DNA of 54,270 nt from Ruminococcus sp. (GTDB lineage Bacteria; Bacillota; Clostridia; Oscillospirales; Ruminococcaceae). The DNA is taken from NCBI GenBank assembly GCA_017649325.1, contig JAGCHA010000116.1, positions 1 to 54,270 on the forward strand. Reading direction: 5' to 3'. Each line of letters opens with the position of its first letter. The first letter of the stretch is position 1. The notes beneath the pieces were generated by a model, which saw nothing but the letters and a program-made list of their open reading frames with translations, did not search any database and had not been told where the DNA came from. The position numbers were made by a program, and so were the translations under genes. Positions 19,493 to 28,304 of this stretch are shown one piece after another.

Positions 19493-20740
19493 ATGAGTTA
19501 TACACAGGACTTAGGTATAAAGGCAAAGGCTGCCGAACCTGTTATCGCGGGCGCGGGTACTGCTAAGAAGAACGCAGCTCTCGCGGCTGTTTCAAAGGCT
19601 CTTATCGCCAATGCGGCTGAAATAATCGCCGAAAATGCGAAAGACCTCGCGGCTGCCAAGGACAACGGGATCTCCGAGGCTATGCAGGACAGACTGCGCC
19701 TCGATGAGAGCCGCATTGCCGGCATTGCCAAGGGCGTTGACGAGCTCATCGCGCTCAATGACCCTATCGGTGAGGTCATCGGCGGCGGTGTTCGTCCCAA
19801 CGGTCTGCACATCACCAAGACGCGGGTCCCGCTCGGCGTTATCGGCATAATCTACGAGTCGCGCCCCAATGTCACCGTTGATGCGGCGGCGCTCTGCCTC
19901 AAGGCGGGCAACGCTGTTATCCTCAAGGGCGGCAAGGAGGCTATAAACTCCAATATCGTTCTCGGGCGCATCATGCGCGAGGCTATCGAGAGCGTGGGAC
20001 TCCCCGCGGATGTGATACAGGTCGTGGACAATACCTCACGTGAGACCACAAACGAGCTCATGAAGCTCAACGGCTATGTCGATGTGCTTATCCCGAGAGG
20101 AAGTGCACGGCTCATACAGGCGGTAGTCACCACGGCAACTGTTCCCGTTATCGAGACGGGTGCGGGCAACTGCCACGTTTACGTTGACGCTTCCGCGGAC
20201 ATTGAAATGGCGGCCAATATCACCGACAACGCTAAAACTCAGCGTCCTTCGGTGTGCAATGCGATAGAGAGCCTGCTCGTACATAAGGACATCGCGGCGG
20301 ATTTCCTGCCCGTCATCGCCGAGCGCTTCAAGGCTCACAATGTGAAGATTTACGGCTGTGACAGGACAAGGGAGATACTCGGCGAGGGCGTCGAGAAAGC
20401 TACCGAGACTGAGTACGCGACCGAATTCAATGACTACATCATCGCGGTGAAGGTCGTTGACGATATCGACGAGGCTATCGCTCATATAAGAAAGTACAGC
20501 ACACGCCACTCCGAGTGCATCGTCACCTCCGACCTCGCTAATGCGGCTAAGTTCCGCAGTGAAGTCGATGCGGCGGCTGTGTACGTCAACGCTTCGACAC
20601 GCTTCACCGACGGCGGAGAGTTCGGCTTCGGTGCTGAGATAGGAATATCCACACAGAAGCTCCACGCAAGAGGTCCTATGGGACTTACCGAGCTCACGAC
20701 AGTAAAGTACCTGATCGACGGAAACGGTCAGATAAGATAA
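19493..20740 (+). CDS. proA: Glutamate-5-semialdehyde dehydrogenase
   Basis: VPLGVIGIIYESRPNVT, CNAIE, VNASTRFTDGGEFGFGAEIGISTQKLHARGP; ATG 19493 follows a GAGGTG RBS. Confidence 0.97.
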   Translation: MSYTQDLGIKAKAAEPVIAGAGTAKKNAALAAVSKALIANAAEIIAENAKDLAAAKDNGISEAMQDRLRLDESRIAGIAKGVDELIALNDPIGEVIGGGVRPNGLHITKTRVPLGVIGIIYESRPNVTVDAAALCLKAGNAVILKGGKEAINSNIVLGRIMREAIESVGLPADVIQVVDNTSRETTNELMKLNGYVDVLIPRGSARLIQAVVTTATVPVIETGAGNCHVYVDASADIEMAANITDNAKTQRPSVCNAIESLLVHKDIAADFLPVIAERFKAHNVKIYGCDRTREILGEGVEKATETEYATEFNDYIIAVKVVDDIDEAIAHIRKYSTRHSECIVTSDLANAAKFRSEVDAAAVYVNASTRFTDGGEFGFGAEIGISTQKLHARGPMGLTELTTVKYLIDGNGQIR

Positions 20741-20807
20741 GTATACTATTTTATAGGTACTGACATTTTTCGGCAGAGATACTGCCAAACAAATCCAGGA
20801 GGGAATC

Positions 20808-22874
20808 ATGGCTATCAGAAAAGACCTTGACGATATGCTGAATAACCTTAAAATCGGTACAGAGCCGGCTTCGCCCGCTCCAAAGGCGCCGGCGCCTGCG
20901 GCTCCTGTCCACAAGCCGAGCAAGAGTGAGGAAATGATCAACCATATGTCGGTAGACGACCTGCTCAGTACGCTCTCTCACGAGAAGGAGGAGCCCGTTC
21001 AGGCTGCTCCCGCACCAGTTCAGGCGGCTCCCGAGCAGCCTATGAAGAAAAGGATAGTCATTTCGGGCGACCTGCCCGACTATGAGGCTATAAGACAGGC
21101 GGAGCTCGAAAAGGACCGTGCTGAAGCCGTGCGCAGACGTCTTGAAGCTGAAAGGCAGGCGGCTGAAGAGGCTGAGAGGCAGAGGTTTGAAGCGGCTAAG
21201 AAGGCTGCCGAGGAAGCTGAGAGGCAGAGGCTTGAAGCTGCCAGAAAGGCTGCCGAGGAAGCTGAAAGGCAGAGGCTTGAAGCTGCCAGAAAGGCTGCCG
21301 AAGAGGCTGAAAGGCAGAGGCTTGAAGCGGCTAAGAAGGCTGCCGAAGAGGCTGAAAGGCAGAGGCTTGAAGCGGCTAAGAAGGCTGCCGAGGAAGCTGA
21401 GAGGCAGAGGCTTGAAGCGGCTAAGAAATCTGCCGAAGAGGCTGAAAGGCAGAGGCTTGAAGCGGCTAAGAAGGCTGCCGAAGAGGCTGAAAGGCAGAGG
21501 CTTGAAGCTGCCAGAAAGGCTGCCGAAGAGGCTGAAAGGCAGAGGCTCGAGGCGGCAAGGAAGGCTGCCGAGGAAGCCGACAGACAGCGCCTTGAAGCTG
21601 CTAAAAAGGCAGCGGAAGACGCCGCAATGGCTCGCGCCGAATTCGGTAAGAAGCCATCATCGCCCGCAGAGGAATCTCCCTCATTCTCCTTCGAGGAGGA
21701 GATAAACGTCGTCACTTCTTCGCAGACCGAGGAGAGTCTCGGCGGTGAGCCTACCGTTGATGAGCTCATGGCTGCGGCTTTTGCGGCTGTTGCGGCTGAA
21801 AATGAGGCGGAAAATGAAGCGGAAGAGACTGCGGAAGTTCCCGAGGAGAACGCTGATGCGCCTGAGTCCGACCCTGTCGGCAATATGATAGAGACTATCC
21901 GTGAGGACGCCGAGAAGAAGCTCTCCGAGCTTGATGAGACTCCCGAGACCGAGGAAGAGGTTCCTGCCGAGGAGGACGCTCCTGCTGAGGAGAATACATC
22001 CGACGAGTCCGAGGGCTCCGAAAATGAGCAGGAGGACAAGGCGGAAGAGCGCAAAAAGCGCTTCTTTGAAAAGAAAAAAGCAGGCGAGGAGGAGGCTACG
22101 GCTGAAGAGACCGAGAAGCCTATTGGAAAGATAACCTCTGCGCTTGAGAAAATAATGGACGAGGACCCCGACGAGATCATCGCCGAGAGAAGCGAAAAGT
22201 CCGAGGACGGCGAGTCCGATGTGCAGGGCGGCGGAAGCCTTAAAAAGCGCCTGTATACTATCTTCGGCATCGTGTTCGCGGTGCTCGCCTGCGTCGGTCT
22301 TGTGACCGTGATCGCTACGGCTGTAAAGCTCCTCGGCTCGTTCACATCGGGAGATTCCAAGAAAACCGGATTCGCCGATGTGGTCTATCCCGTGGTAATT
22401 ATGGATATCGAGTCCTTCGACGAGCCTTCGCAGCTCACATCAGACCAAGTCATCACGGCGGCTATATGGTCGATGATAATGTCCGACGGTACCCTCGACA
22501 GCTATGAGAAGACCTTCGACGTAGTGAGAGTGCCCGCCGTAGACGTTGAGTCCTATGCCGTAAAGCTCTTCGGCGATGACCTTCCCGAGCTCACTCATAC
22601 GACCGTGGGTCCCGCAGAATCAAGATTCTACTACAACGAGGAGAAGGAGTCGTACAACGTTCCGCTCACACCCGTTACCTTCACTTACTCGCCCGAGATA
22701 AAGTCCGTGACCAAGAGCGGCAGCGAGTATACCCTGACAGTAGACTACATCGACGAGCTGCCTGTGTGGCTGCCTAAGACTTCCTCGAAGTCGGTAGAGT
22801 TCAAGCTCAACCAGACAAGCGAAGGCTATCAGATAAAGTCGATGAAGGTGCTCTCCGAGAACAACATTATTTGA
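20808..22874 (+). CDS. Hypothetical bitopic membrane protein with 15-aa charged tandem repeats and acidic region
   Basis: GGAGG RBS; ten [13 protein letters not shown](K/R)K units; E-rich linker; a single TM ([25 protein letters not shown]); globular C-terminus. Confidence 0.85.
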   Translation: MAIRKDLDDMLNNLKIGTEPASPAPKAPAPAAPVHKPSKSEEMINHMSVDDLLSTLSHEKEEPVQAAPAPVQAAPEQPMKKRIVISGDLPDYEAIRQAELEKDRAEAVRRRLEAERQAAEEAERQRFEAAKKAAEEAERQRLEAARKAAEEAERQRLEAARKAAEEAERQRLEAAKKAAEEAERQRLEAAKKAAEEAERQRLEAAKKSAEEAERQRLEAAKKAAEEAERQRLEAARKAAEEAERQRLEAARKAAEEADRQRLEAAKKAAEDAAMARAEFGKKPSSPAEESPSFSFEEEINVVTSSQTEESLGGEPTVDELMAAAFAAVAAENEAENEAEETAEVPEENADAPESDPVGNMIETIREDAEKKLSELDETPETEEEVPAEEDAPAEENTSDESEGSENEQEDKAEERKKRFFEKKKAGEEEATAEETEKPIGKITSALEKIMDEDPDEIIAERSEKSEDGESDVQGGGSLKKRLYTIFGIVFAVLACVGLVTVIATAVKLLGSFTSGDSKKTGFADVVYPVVIMDIESFDEPSQLTSDQVITAAIWSMIMSDGTLDSYEKTFDVVRVPAVDVESYAVKLFGDDLPELTHTTVGPAESRFYYNEEKESYNVPLTPVTFTYSPEIKSVTKSGSEYTLTVDYIDELPVWLPKTSSKSVEFKLNQTSEGYQIKSMKVLSENNII
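21159..21608 (+). repeat. 45-bp in-frame tandem repeat x10
   Basis: Unit approx. GCTGCCGA(A/G)GA(A/G)GCTGAAAGGCAGAGGCTTGAAGC(G/T)GC(T/C)A(A/G)(G/A)AAG. Confidence 0.95.
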
Positions 22875-22880
22875 ACCAAG

Positions 22881-22912
22881 CAGCCATAGAGGTCTCTCTA
22901 TGGCTGTTTTTT
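22881..22912 (+). terminator. Intrinsic terminator
   Basis: CAGCCATAGAG-gtct-CTCTATGGCTG-TTTTTT. Confidence 0.8.
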
Positions 22913-22984
22913 CATAAAAAAGAATGTTTTGCGAGCGTACTGCGGCTATATTTTAAAAAATCACAAGAAAATTTCAAAAAATGC

Positions 22985-23013
22985 TTGACAAATGCTCCGT
23001 TCTCTGGTATAAT
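22985..23013 (+). promoter_or_regulatory. sigmaA promoter of tRNA-Leu
   Basis: TTGACA-17 nt-TATAAT with extended TG. Confidence 0.8.
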
Positions 23014-23039
23014 ATTAAAGCAGTCAATTGATGCTGTAT

Positions 23040-23124
23040 GCGAGTGTGCTGGAATAGGCAGACAGGCACGTTTGAGGGGCGTGTGTCGACAGACGTATGG
23101 GTTCAAGTCCCATTACTCGCACCA
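23040..23124 (+). tRNA. tRNA-Leu (anticodon GAG)
   Basis: Acceptor GCGAGTG/TACTCGC plus ACCA; anticodon arm CACGT-TTGAGGG-GCGTG; long variable arm; T-loop GGGTTCAAGTCCC. Confidence 0.96.
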
Positions 23125-23221
23125 GCGCCAAGCGGGCGCGCGCAGTTTCGCGGTTCAGTTTTCTGAGCCGCGAATTTGTTTTCCGCCCATGAAGCCTTAT
23201 CTATATTTACAACACATACAC

Positions 23222-23252
23222 AGAGCGGATACTTCGGTATCCGCTCTTTTTT
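23222..23252 (+). terminator. Intrinsic terminator after tRNA-Leu
   Basis: AGAGCGGATAC-TTCG-GTATCCGCTCT-TTTTT. Confidence 0.85.
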
Positions 23253-23260
23253 GCTTTCTC

Positions 23261-23289
23261 TTGACATTGCTCCGCTCATGCGCTATAAT
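23261..23289 (+). promoter_or_regulatory. sigmaA promoter for leader plus GNAT gene
   Basis: TTGACA-17 nt-TATAAT. Confidence 0.75.
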
Positions 23290-23331
23290 AGAACCAGCGG
23301 CAGAGCCGCAATATATTTAAGGAGAAAGTGT

Positions 23332-23367
23332 TTGAAAAATACTACAAAAATGGAGATAGCAGCGTAA
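23332..23367 (+). CDS. Putative 11-aa leader peptide MKNTTKMEIAA
   Basis: AAGGAG 7 nt before a TTG start; followed directly by a hairpin whose 3' arm contains the anti-SD CCTCC. Confidence 0.4.
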   Translation: MKNTTKMEIAA

Positions 23368-23439
23368 ACGGGAAGGTTTGCGAATACTATCTCATACAAA
23401 CCTCCCGTGTCTTGTCAACTATATTCAGGAGGAAAAATA

Positions 23440-24096
23440 ATGAATAATCACGACTTTATCATCCGCAGAGAAATCGAAAACGACTACCGCGATGTTGAAA
23501 ACCTCGCACGCGAGGCTTTCTGGAACCTCAGTGAGCCCGGATGCTTTGAGCACTACTTCATCCACATAATGCGCAGCCACCCCGACTTTATCCCAGAGCT
23601 CGACTTCGTTGCCGAGCTGGACGGTAAAATCATCGGCTCGGTTATGTACTGCAAGTCTAAACTCGTCGATGAGCAGGGCTGCGTGAAGGACATCGTCACT
23701 ATGGGACCGCTGTGCGTGCTCCCCGAGTTCCAGCGCAGAGGCATCGGCAAGGCTCTTCTCGAGCACACCTTCGCACTCGCAAAGGATATGGGCTATGACG
23801 TTGTTGTCAACTTCGGCAACCCCGACAATTACGTTGCACGCGGATATAGGAGCTGTAAGAAGTACAATGTCTGCTTCGGTGACGGAGTATTCCCGGCCGC
23901 GCTTCTTGTCAAGGAACTGACCGACGGCGCTCTGGACGGCAGAAAATGGTCCTACCGCCCGTCCGACGTGGACGCTCCCTGTGATGACAAGGACGCTGTT
24001 TCGGCATTTGACGCTCTCTTCCCACCTAAGGAAAAGGGCTGGCAGCCGAGTCAGGAGGAGTTCTATATCCACAGTCACTCAGCTATCACCTGGTAA
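23440..24096 (+). CDS. GNAT family N-acetyltransferase
   Basis: GPLCVLPEFQRRGIGKALL acetyl-CoA motif A; REAFWN, ELDFVAE; GGAGG RBS before ATG 23440. Confidence 0.9.
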   Translation: MNNHDFIIRREIENDYRDVENLAREAFWNLSEPGCFEHYFIHIMRSHPDFIPELDFVAELDGKIIGSVMYCKSKLVDEQGCVKDIVTMGPLCVLPEFQRRGIGKALLEHTFALAKDMGYDVVVNFGNPDNYVARGYRSCKKYNVCFGDGVFPAALLVKELTDGALDGRKWSYRPSDVDAPCDDKDAVSAFDALFPPKEKGWQPSQEEFYIHSHSAITW

Positions 24097-24112
24097 CAAA
24101 TGGTAAAGAAAT

Positions 24113-24148
24113 GACCGTCAGGGGGTCTCCACTGACGGTCGTTTTTTA
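24113..24148 (+). terminator. Intrinsic terminator
   Basis: GACCGTCAG...CTGACGGTC followed by a T tract. Confidence 0.75.
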
Positions 24149-24301
24149 TTTCAAAACGGTGTTAATTATAGCACTTTATTCATAGTTAAGCAACAAATAT
24201 ATTGCGATATCTACTAAAACACCTTCCTCTCTTTGGTGAATTTGACTAAAAGAATTCAGGAAAGTTCTACGAGTGATAGAGGGCGAATTCACCAAATACG
24301 C

Positions 24302-24330
24302 TTGACTTCTTTAGTGCAATATGATAAAAT
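24302..24330 (+). promoter_or_regulatory. sigmaA promoter for the GH5 gene
   Basis: TTGACT-17 nt-TAAAAT with extended TG. Confidence 0.6.
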
Positions 24331-24409
24331 CAATACAGGCATTAAGCCAGGGTGACTTCCTGCACTGTGTCGCCCGATGGAAAAATTACAAATCTATGGG
24401 AGGGTATTT

Positions 24410-26647
24410 ATGCTTAAAAACAAATTCATCTCAAAAGCAGTGAGCACTGTCGCTTCAGTTGCTATGGTGTTCACATCTATCCCGTCCATCAATGTTATGG
24501 ACAAGGCAGTCGCAGCCGACAAGACTATGACTGCATTCGAGATCACCAAAAATATGAAGGTAGGCTGGAATCTCGGTAACACTCTTGACGCCAAGGCAGG
24601 CGACAAGAACGGTGACTACGAGACAGCAGGTCTCGAGACCGAGACTTCATGGGGCTGCCCCAAGGCTAACCAGCAGCTGTTCGACGCCCTCAAGGCAAAG
24701 GGCTTCAACACTGTCCGCGTTCCTACAACATGGTTCCAGCACCTCGACGCAAACAACAACATTGACCCCGAGTGGATGGCTCGTGTTAAGGAAGTCGTTG
24801 ACTACGGTATCAAGAACGATATGTACATTATCCTCAATGTACACCACGAAAACTGGATAAACAGAGCTGATTTCGCAAACGCTTACAACGAAATGCAGCC
24901 CAAGCTTATGAAGATATGGACTCAGATCGCTGAGGAGTTCAAGGACTACGACCAGCACCTCATCTTCGAGTGCATGAATGAGCCCCGTGCAGCAAATACC
25001 GACCATGAGTGGTGGGCTGCTGAGGCTGTTCCCGAGTGTGAGGTAATCAACCATCTCGAGCATGACTTCGTTGACCTCATCAGAAGCACAGACGGTCCTT
25101 ATGCTAAGACCCGTCTTCTTATGCTCCCCGGCTACGTTGCAAGTGCCGAGCAGACTTTCCTCAAGGAGATCGACCTCCCCGAGAACGATGATTTCCTTGC
25201 TGTTTCTATCCACGCTTATACACCTTACGATTTCACTATGAATACAGCAGTTAAGGATCACTCCACCTTCACAGGTGCTTATTCTCAGAACCTCGCTGAT
25301 ACTCTTCAGGGTATGCGCGACCTCTTCATCGAGAAGGATATCCCCGTTGTAATCGGTGAGATGGGTACTTCAAACTTCGGCAACACAGAGGCTCGCGTTG
25401 CTTGGACTACACAGTACTTCACAACTACAAAGAAGTACGGTATTCCCTGCTGCCTCTGGGACAACAACACTGTTGAGAACCCCAAGGACCCCGGCGAGTG
25501 CCACGGCTACATCAACCGTACAACAGGTGAGTGGCATGAGCAGAGCCTCCCTATCATCAACAAGATGATGGAGATAATGAACGATGATACCATCGTCTGG
25601 GGCAGTGAGGGCAAGGCTCCCGAATACAAGCACCAGGCTCTTTCAGAGGGTAAGGTATTCAGAGACGAGGCTGTCGAGATCGACGCTTCCAAGTCCAAGA
25701 CCTATGAGAACACTACTCCCGGTCAGGAAATATCTTGGAGTGAACTCGAGGGCAAGGAAGTTGCTATCAAGTACACAGGCACAACTCCCGTGCTCGCATT
25801 CTCTGACGCCGAGTACGGCAACTGGACAGAGTTCAAGCCCTACACCGTTGACGAGGAGAACGGCATTGCTTACTACCTCGTAAGCCAGCAGCTCCCCGCA
25901 GCTTGGAACGATCTCTCCACTGTTAACCATATGCAGGCAAGAACCGATAAGGTTACTACTATCGAGAAGATGGTCATCCTCAACGCTCCCGAGGTACAGA
26001 TAGACGTACCCGTTGACAAGACCAAGAAGTACAAGATCGACTTTGCGAACGCTCCCAAGGACAATGGTACTCTCGTACTCTACTTCGAGGGTGAGCCCAA
26101 TACTACAACCAACGGCGCTGTTGGCTTCAACGGCGACGGCTGGGAAGAGGTAAAGTGGGAAGGCAAGACCGATTCTCTCGGTAAGCTCACTGTTGAGATC
26201 GACCGTACAAAGTTCCCCGCAGACCTCAAGTCCGCTGAGTGCCAGATCTGGTACCAGCCCGAGCTCGTTGACATGAAGAGCTATGAGTTCTCTGTAGAGC
26301 AGCCCGGCACAGTTGTATTCCCCACAGAAACAACTACAACAGAGACCACAACAATTACAACAGCTACAACAACAGCTGATTCGTCTCTTGCAACTACAAC
26401 TACTGATGGCGATGTTCTCAGCGTAACTGTTATCGGTGACGCTAACCTCGACAACAGATGCTCCGTTGCTGACGCAGTTGCTATCCTCCAGCACATCGCT
26501 AACCAGGATAAGTACGCGCTCAAGGCTCAGGGCAAGGTCAACGCTGACGTTGACGGTCAGAGCGGTATCACAGCTAATGACGCTCTCACAATTCAGAGAG
26601 TTGATGCAGGCGTTATCAGCGAAAGCGATCTTCCTCTTGCAGGCTGA
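24410..26647 (+). CDS. Cellulosomal GH5 endoglucanase (GH5_4-like) with probable CBM modules, Thr-rich linker and C-terminal dockerin
   Basis: Signal peptide; GWNLGNTLDA, GFNTVRVP, ILNVHHE, FECMNEPR (acid/base), HAYTP, IGEMG (nucleophile), WDN; poly-Thr linker; dockerin GDANLDNRCSVADAV...NADVDG. Confidence 0.93.
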   Translation: MLKNKFISKAVSTVASVAMVFTSIPSINVMDKAVAADKTMTAFEITKNMKVGWNLGNTLDAKAGDKNGDYETAGLETETSWGCPKANQQLFDALKAKGFNTVRVPTTWFQHLDANNNIDPEWMARVKEVVDYGIKNDMYIILNVHHENWINRADFANAYNEMQPKLMKIWTQIAEEFKDYDQHLIFECMNEPRAANTDHEWWAAEAVPECEVINHLEHDFVDLIRSTDGPYAKTRLLMLPGYVASAEQTFLKEIDLPENDDFLAVSIHAYTPYDFTMNTAVKDHSTFTGAYSQNLADTLQGMRDLFIEKDIPVVIGEMGTSNFGNTEARVAWTTQYFTTTKKYGIPCCLWDNNTVENPKDPGECHGYINRTTGEWHEQSLPIINKMMEIMNDDTIVWGSEGKAPEYKHQALSEGKVFRDEAVEIDASKSKTYENTTPGQEISWSELEGKEVAIKYTGTTPVLAFSDAEYGNWTEFKPYTVDEENGIAYYLVSQQLPAAWNDLSTVNHMQARTDKVTTIEKMVILNAPEVQIDVPVDKTKKYKIDFANAPKDNGTLVLYFEGEPNTTTNGAVGFNGDGWEEVKWEGKTDSLGKLTVEIDRTKFPADLKSAECQIWYQPELVDMKSYEFSVEQPGTVVFPTETTTTETTTITTATTTADSSLATTTTDGDVLSVTVIGDANLDNRCSVADAVAILQHIANQDKYALKAQGKVNADVDGQSGITANDALTIQRVDAGVISESDLPLAG

Positions 26648-26681
26648 TCCCGTTAATTAAGTCTTACACTCTAACATATTA

Positions 26682-26709
26682 AAGTGCCGCGCCAATAGGC
26701 GCGGCATTT
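26682..26709. terminator. Bidirectional terminator between GH5 and ART genes
   Basis: AAGTGCCGCGCC-AATA-GGCGCGGCATTT. Confidence 0.75.
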
Positions 26710-26743
26710 GCTTTATCCCTCTGTGTGTATGCGGCAGTCTTTT

Positions 26744-27514
26744 CTACTTCGTGAACATTTCGCGGAGCTTTGCAATGTATGCCGCTTTCCACTGAGTATA
26801 CTGCTCCTCGTCCTCGGCGGAGGGGGACTTACCCTCGTTCAGAGCCGCGAATACGCGCTGTCCTGCCTCTGCGCCGCCGTATGGGAGCTCCGCTGACTTA
26901 TCGGTGCAGGGCAGGAGCTTCCCCGCCGTGACCTCGCATGAACAGCGCGGAGACTCCCCTGCCGAATCAAGTATGCTGCGCTCGCTGTCGGAAACGTGCC
27001 GCTCCGTGATATCAAGGGCAAGAAACGGCGGCAGAAGCACCTCAGCCTCCTCGGGCTTTGCGTAGAAATCAAGGGCTGATGCTACGTCAATGCACGGTGT
27101 TCCCTGCGGAAGCGTGAACCTCATAAGCGCGATGCCCTGCCTGTCGCGGTACTCGCTCAGGAAGCCCGCTGTTGAAGTCGATGTGAATGAAAGCGTTGTG
27201 CCCGCCGCCTTGCAGAGGGCGTAGTCAGACCAGCGCTCCACGCGGAAGGTGTGAAGCTCGGTCTCCGACAAACACTTCCCAAACGCCGAAAACAACTCCG
27301 CGAAGAGCTCCGTAAGCCGCTCCGTATCCGCAAGTATCGCGGGATTCAGGCGCTTGCCCTCGGCGGCGCGGGCGCGTTCGGCGGCTGTTCCCGCAAAGAA
27401 CAGCGAGTTCAGGGCGATGTATGCCTTCGGGTCGCTCCAGAACTCACCGCTCCCCGATACATCGCCGATATAATACCGCAGTGCGGTTTTTTCACGCTCG
27501 TTAAGCTCAGCCAT
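26744..27514 (-). CDS. Putative ADP-ribosyltransferase (VIP2/C2-like, R-S-E class), no signal peptide
   Basis: EKTALRYY...YIALNSLF helical motif; HTFRVE (R), SFTSTS (STS), EEAEVLLPP (ExE); GGAGG RBS. Confidence 0.7.
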   Translation of the reverse strand: MAELNEREKTALRYYIGDVSGSGEFWSDPKAYIALNSLFFAGTAAERARAAEGKRLNPAILADTERLTELFAELFSAFGKCLSETELHTFRVERWSDYALCKAAGTTLSFTSTSTAGFLSEYRDRQGIALMRFTLPQGTPCIDVASALDFYAKPEEAEVLLPPFLALDITERHVSDSERSILDSAGESPRCSCEVTAGKLLPCTDKSAELPYGGAEAGQRVFAALNEGKSPSAEDEEQYTQWKAAYIAKLREMFTK

Positions 27515-27532
27515 AATGCCCTCCTATAATTT

Positions 27533-27564
27533 AAGCCGACTGAATACTGCTATTCAGTCGGCTT
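27533..27564 (-). terminator. Hairpin after the Asp/Pro-repeat gene
   Basis: AAGCCGACTGAATA-ctgc-TATTCAGTCGGCTT. Confidence 0.7.
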
Positions 27565-27568
27565 GTTA

Positions 27569-28192
27569 TTACCATGTGTTCGCGTCTCCGCCCTGATTCG
27601 GGTCGGGAGTTACTACGGGGTCGGGTGTTACCACGGGGTCAGGAGTAACTACGGGGTCGGGATTAACGCCCTGATTCGGATTTGTGGGCTCAACCACATT
27701 CGGGTCGGTCGGAGTGACAAGACTCGGGTCGGTCGGGTTGACAAGATTCGGGTCGCCGTTGGGATTATTCGGGTCGATAGTGGGCTCGCTCGGGTCTACA
27801 GCAGTTGTATAGGTCTCGGTATAGCCCGGTATGCCGCCTGTGGGAATGCGTCCGTTCATCGAGAAGCCCGAACCTGTCGTGATATTTATCGTGAAAGTCG
27901 TGCGTGCGCGGGTGGTGCGTGCCTTAGTGGTCGTCACCTTTGTGGTGGTCGTGGGAGCGGTGGAAACTGTGGTCTCTACCGTGGGGATGCCGCTCTGGAC
28001 GGGCTCGCCGTCAGCCTGAAACATATTCTCGCCTCTGCCGATGTTGGTCATTATCTTCTCGGACGGAGTTATCGGGAACAATATGAAAAATGCAAGGATA
28101 AGCATTGTCATCACTACGAAGCTGCCGCACGAAAGTACGGTTATCTTCGTCGATTTTTTCAGGCTGTCGTAAAATCCTGTTATTTTACTCAT
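27569..28192 (-). CDS. Hypothetical membrane-anchored protein with Thr-rich and Asp/Pro-repeat tail
   Basis: One N-terminal TM, TTT-rich stretch, PDPVVT x3 and TDP/NP repeats; GGAG RBS. Confidence 0.75.
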   Translation of the reverse strand: MSKITGFYDSLKKSTKITVLSCGSFVVMTMLILAFFILFPITPSEKIMTNIGRGENMFQADGEPVQSGIPTVETTVSTAPTTTTKVTTTKARTTRARTTFTINITTGSGFSMNGRIPTGGIPGYTETYTTAVDPSEPTIDPNNPNGDPNLVNPTDPSLVTPTDPNVVEPTNPNQGVNPDPVVTPDPVVTPDPVVTPDPNQGGDANTW

Positions 28193-28304
28193 TTATTTAA
28201 CACACTCCAAAATACTCTGAGGTTTGACTGCGTACATTTTATTTTATCTCAAACGTCGGGAAAAGTCAATAGGCAAAAGTGATAAAACGGCGAAACTTGT
28301 TCGC

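Noticed and set aside
21080-22360. Repetitive ORFs 21080-22360 (-) and 21118-21705 (+), and the 45-bp repeat as a possible CRISPR array
   Set aside because: Alternative frames of a coding tandem repeat. The units are contiguous with no unique spacers, and there are no cas genes.
23125-24150. Possible integrative element at the tRNA-Leu 3' end
   Set aside because: No integrase and no duplicated tRNA 3' end seen in the window.
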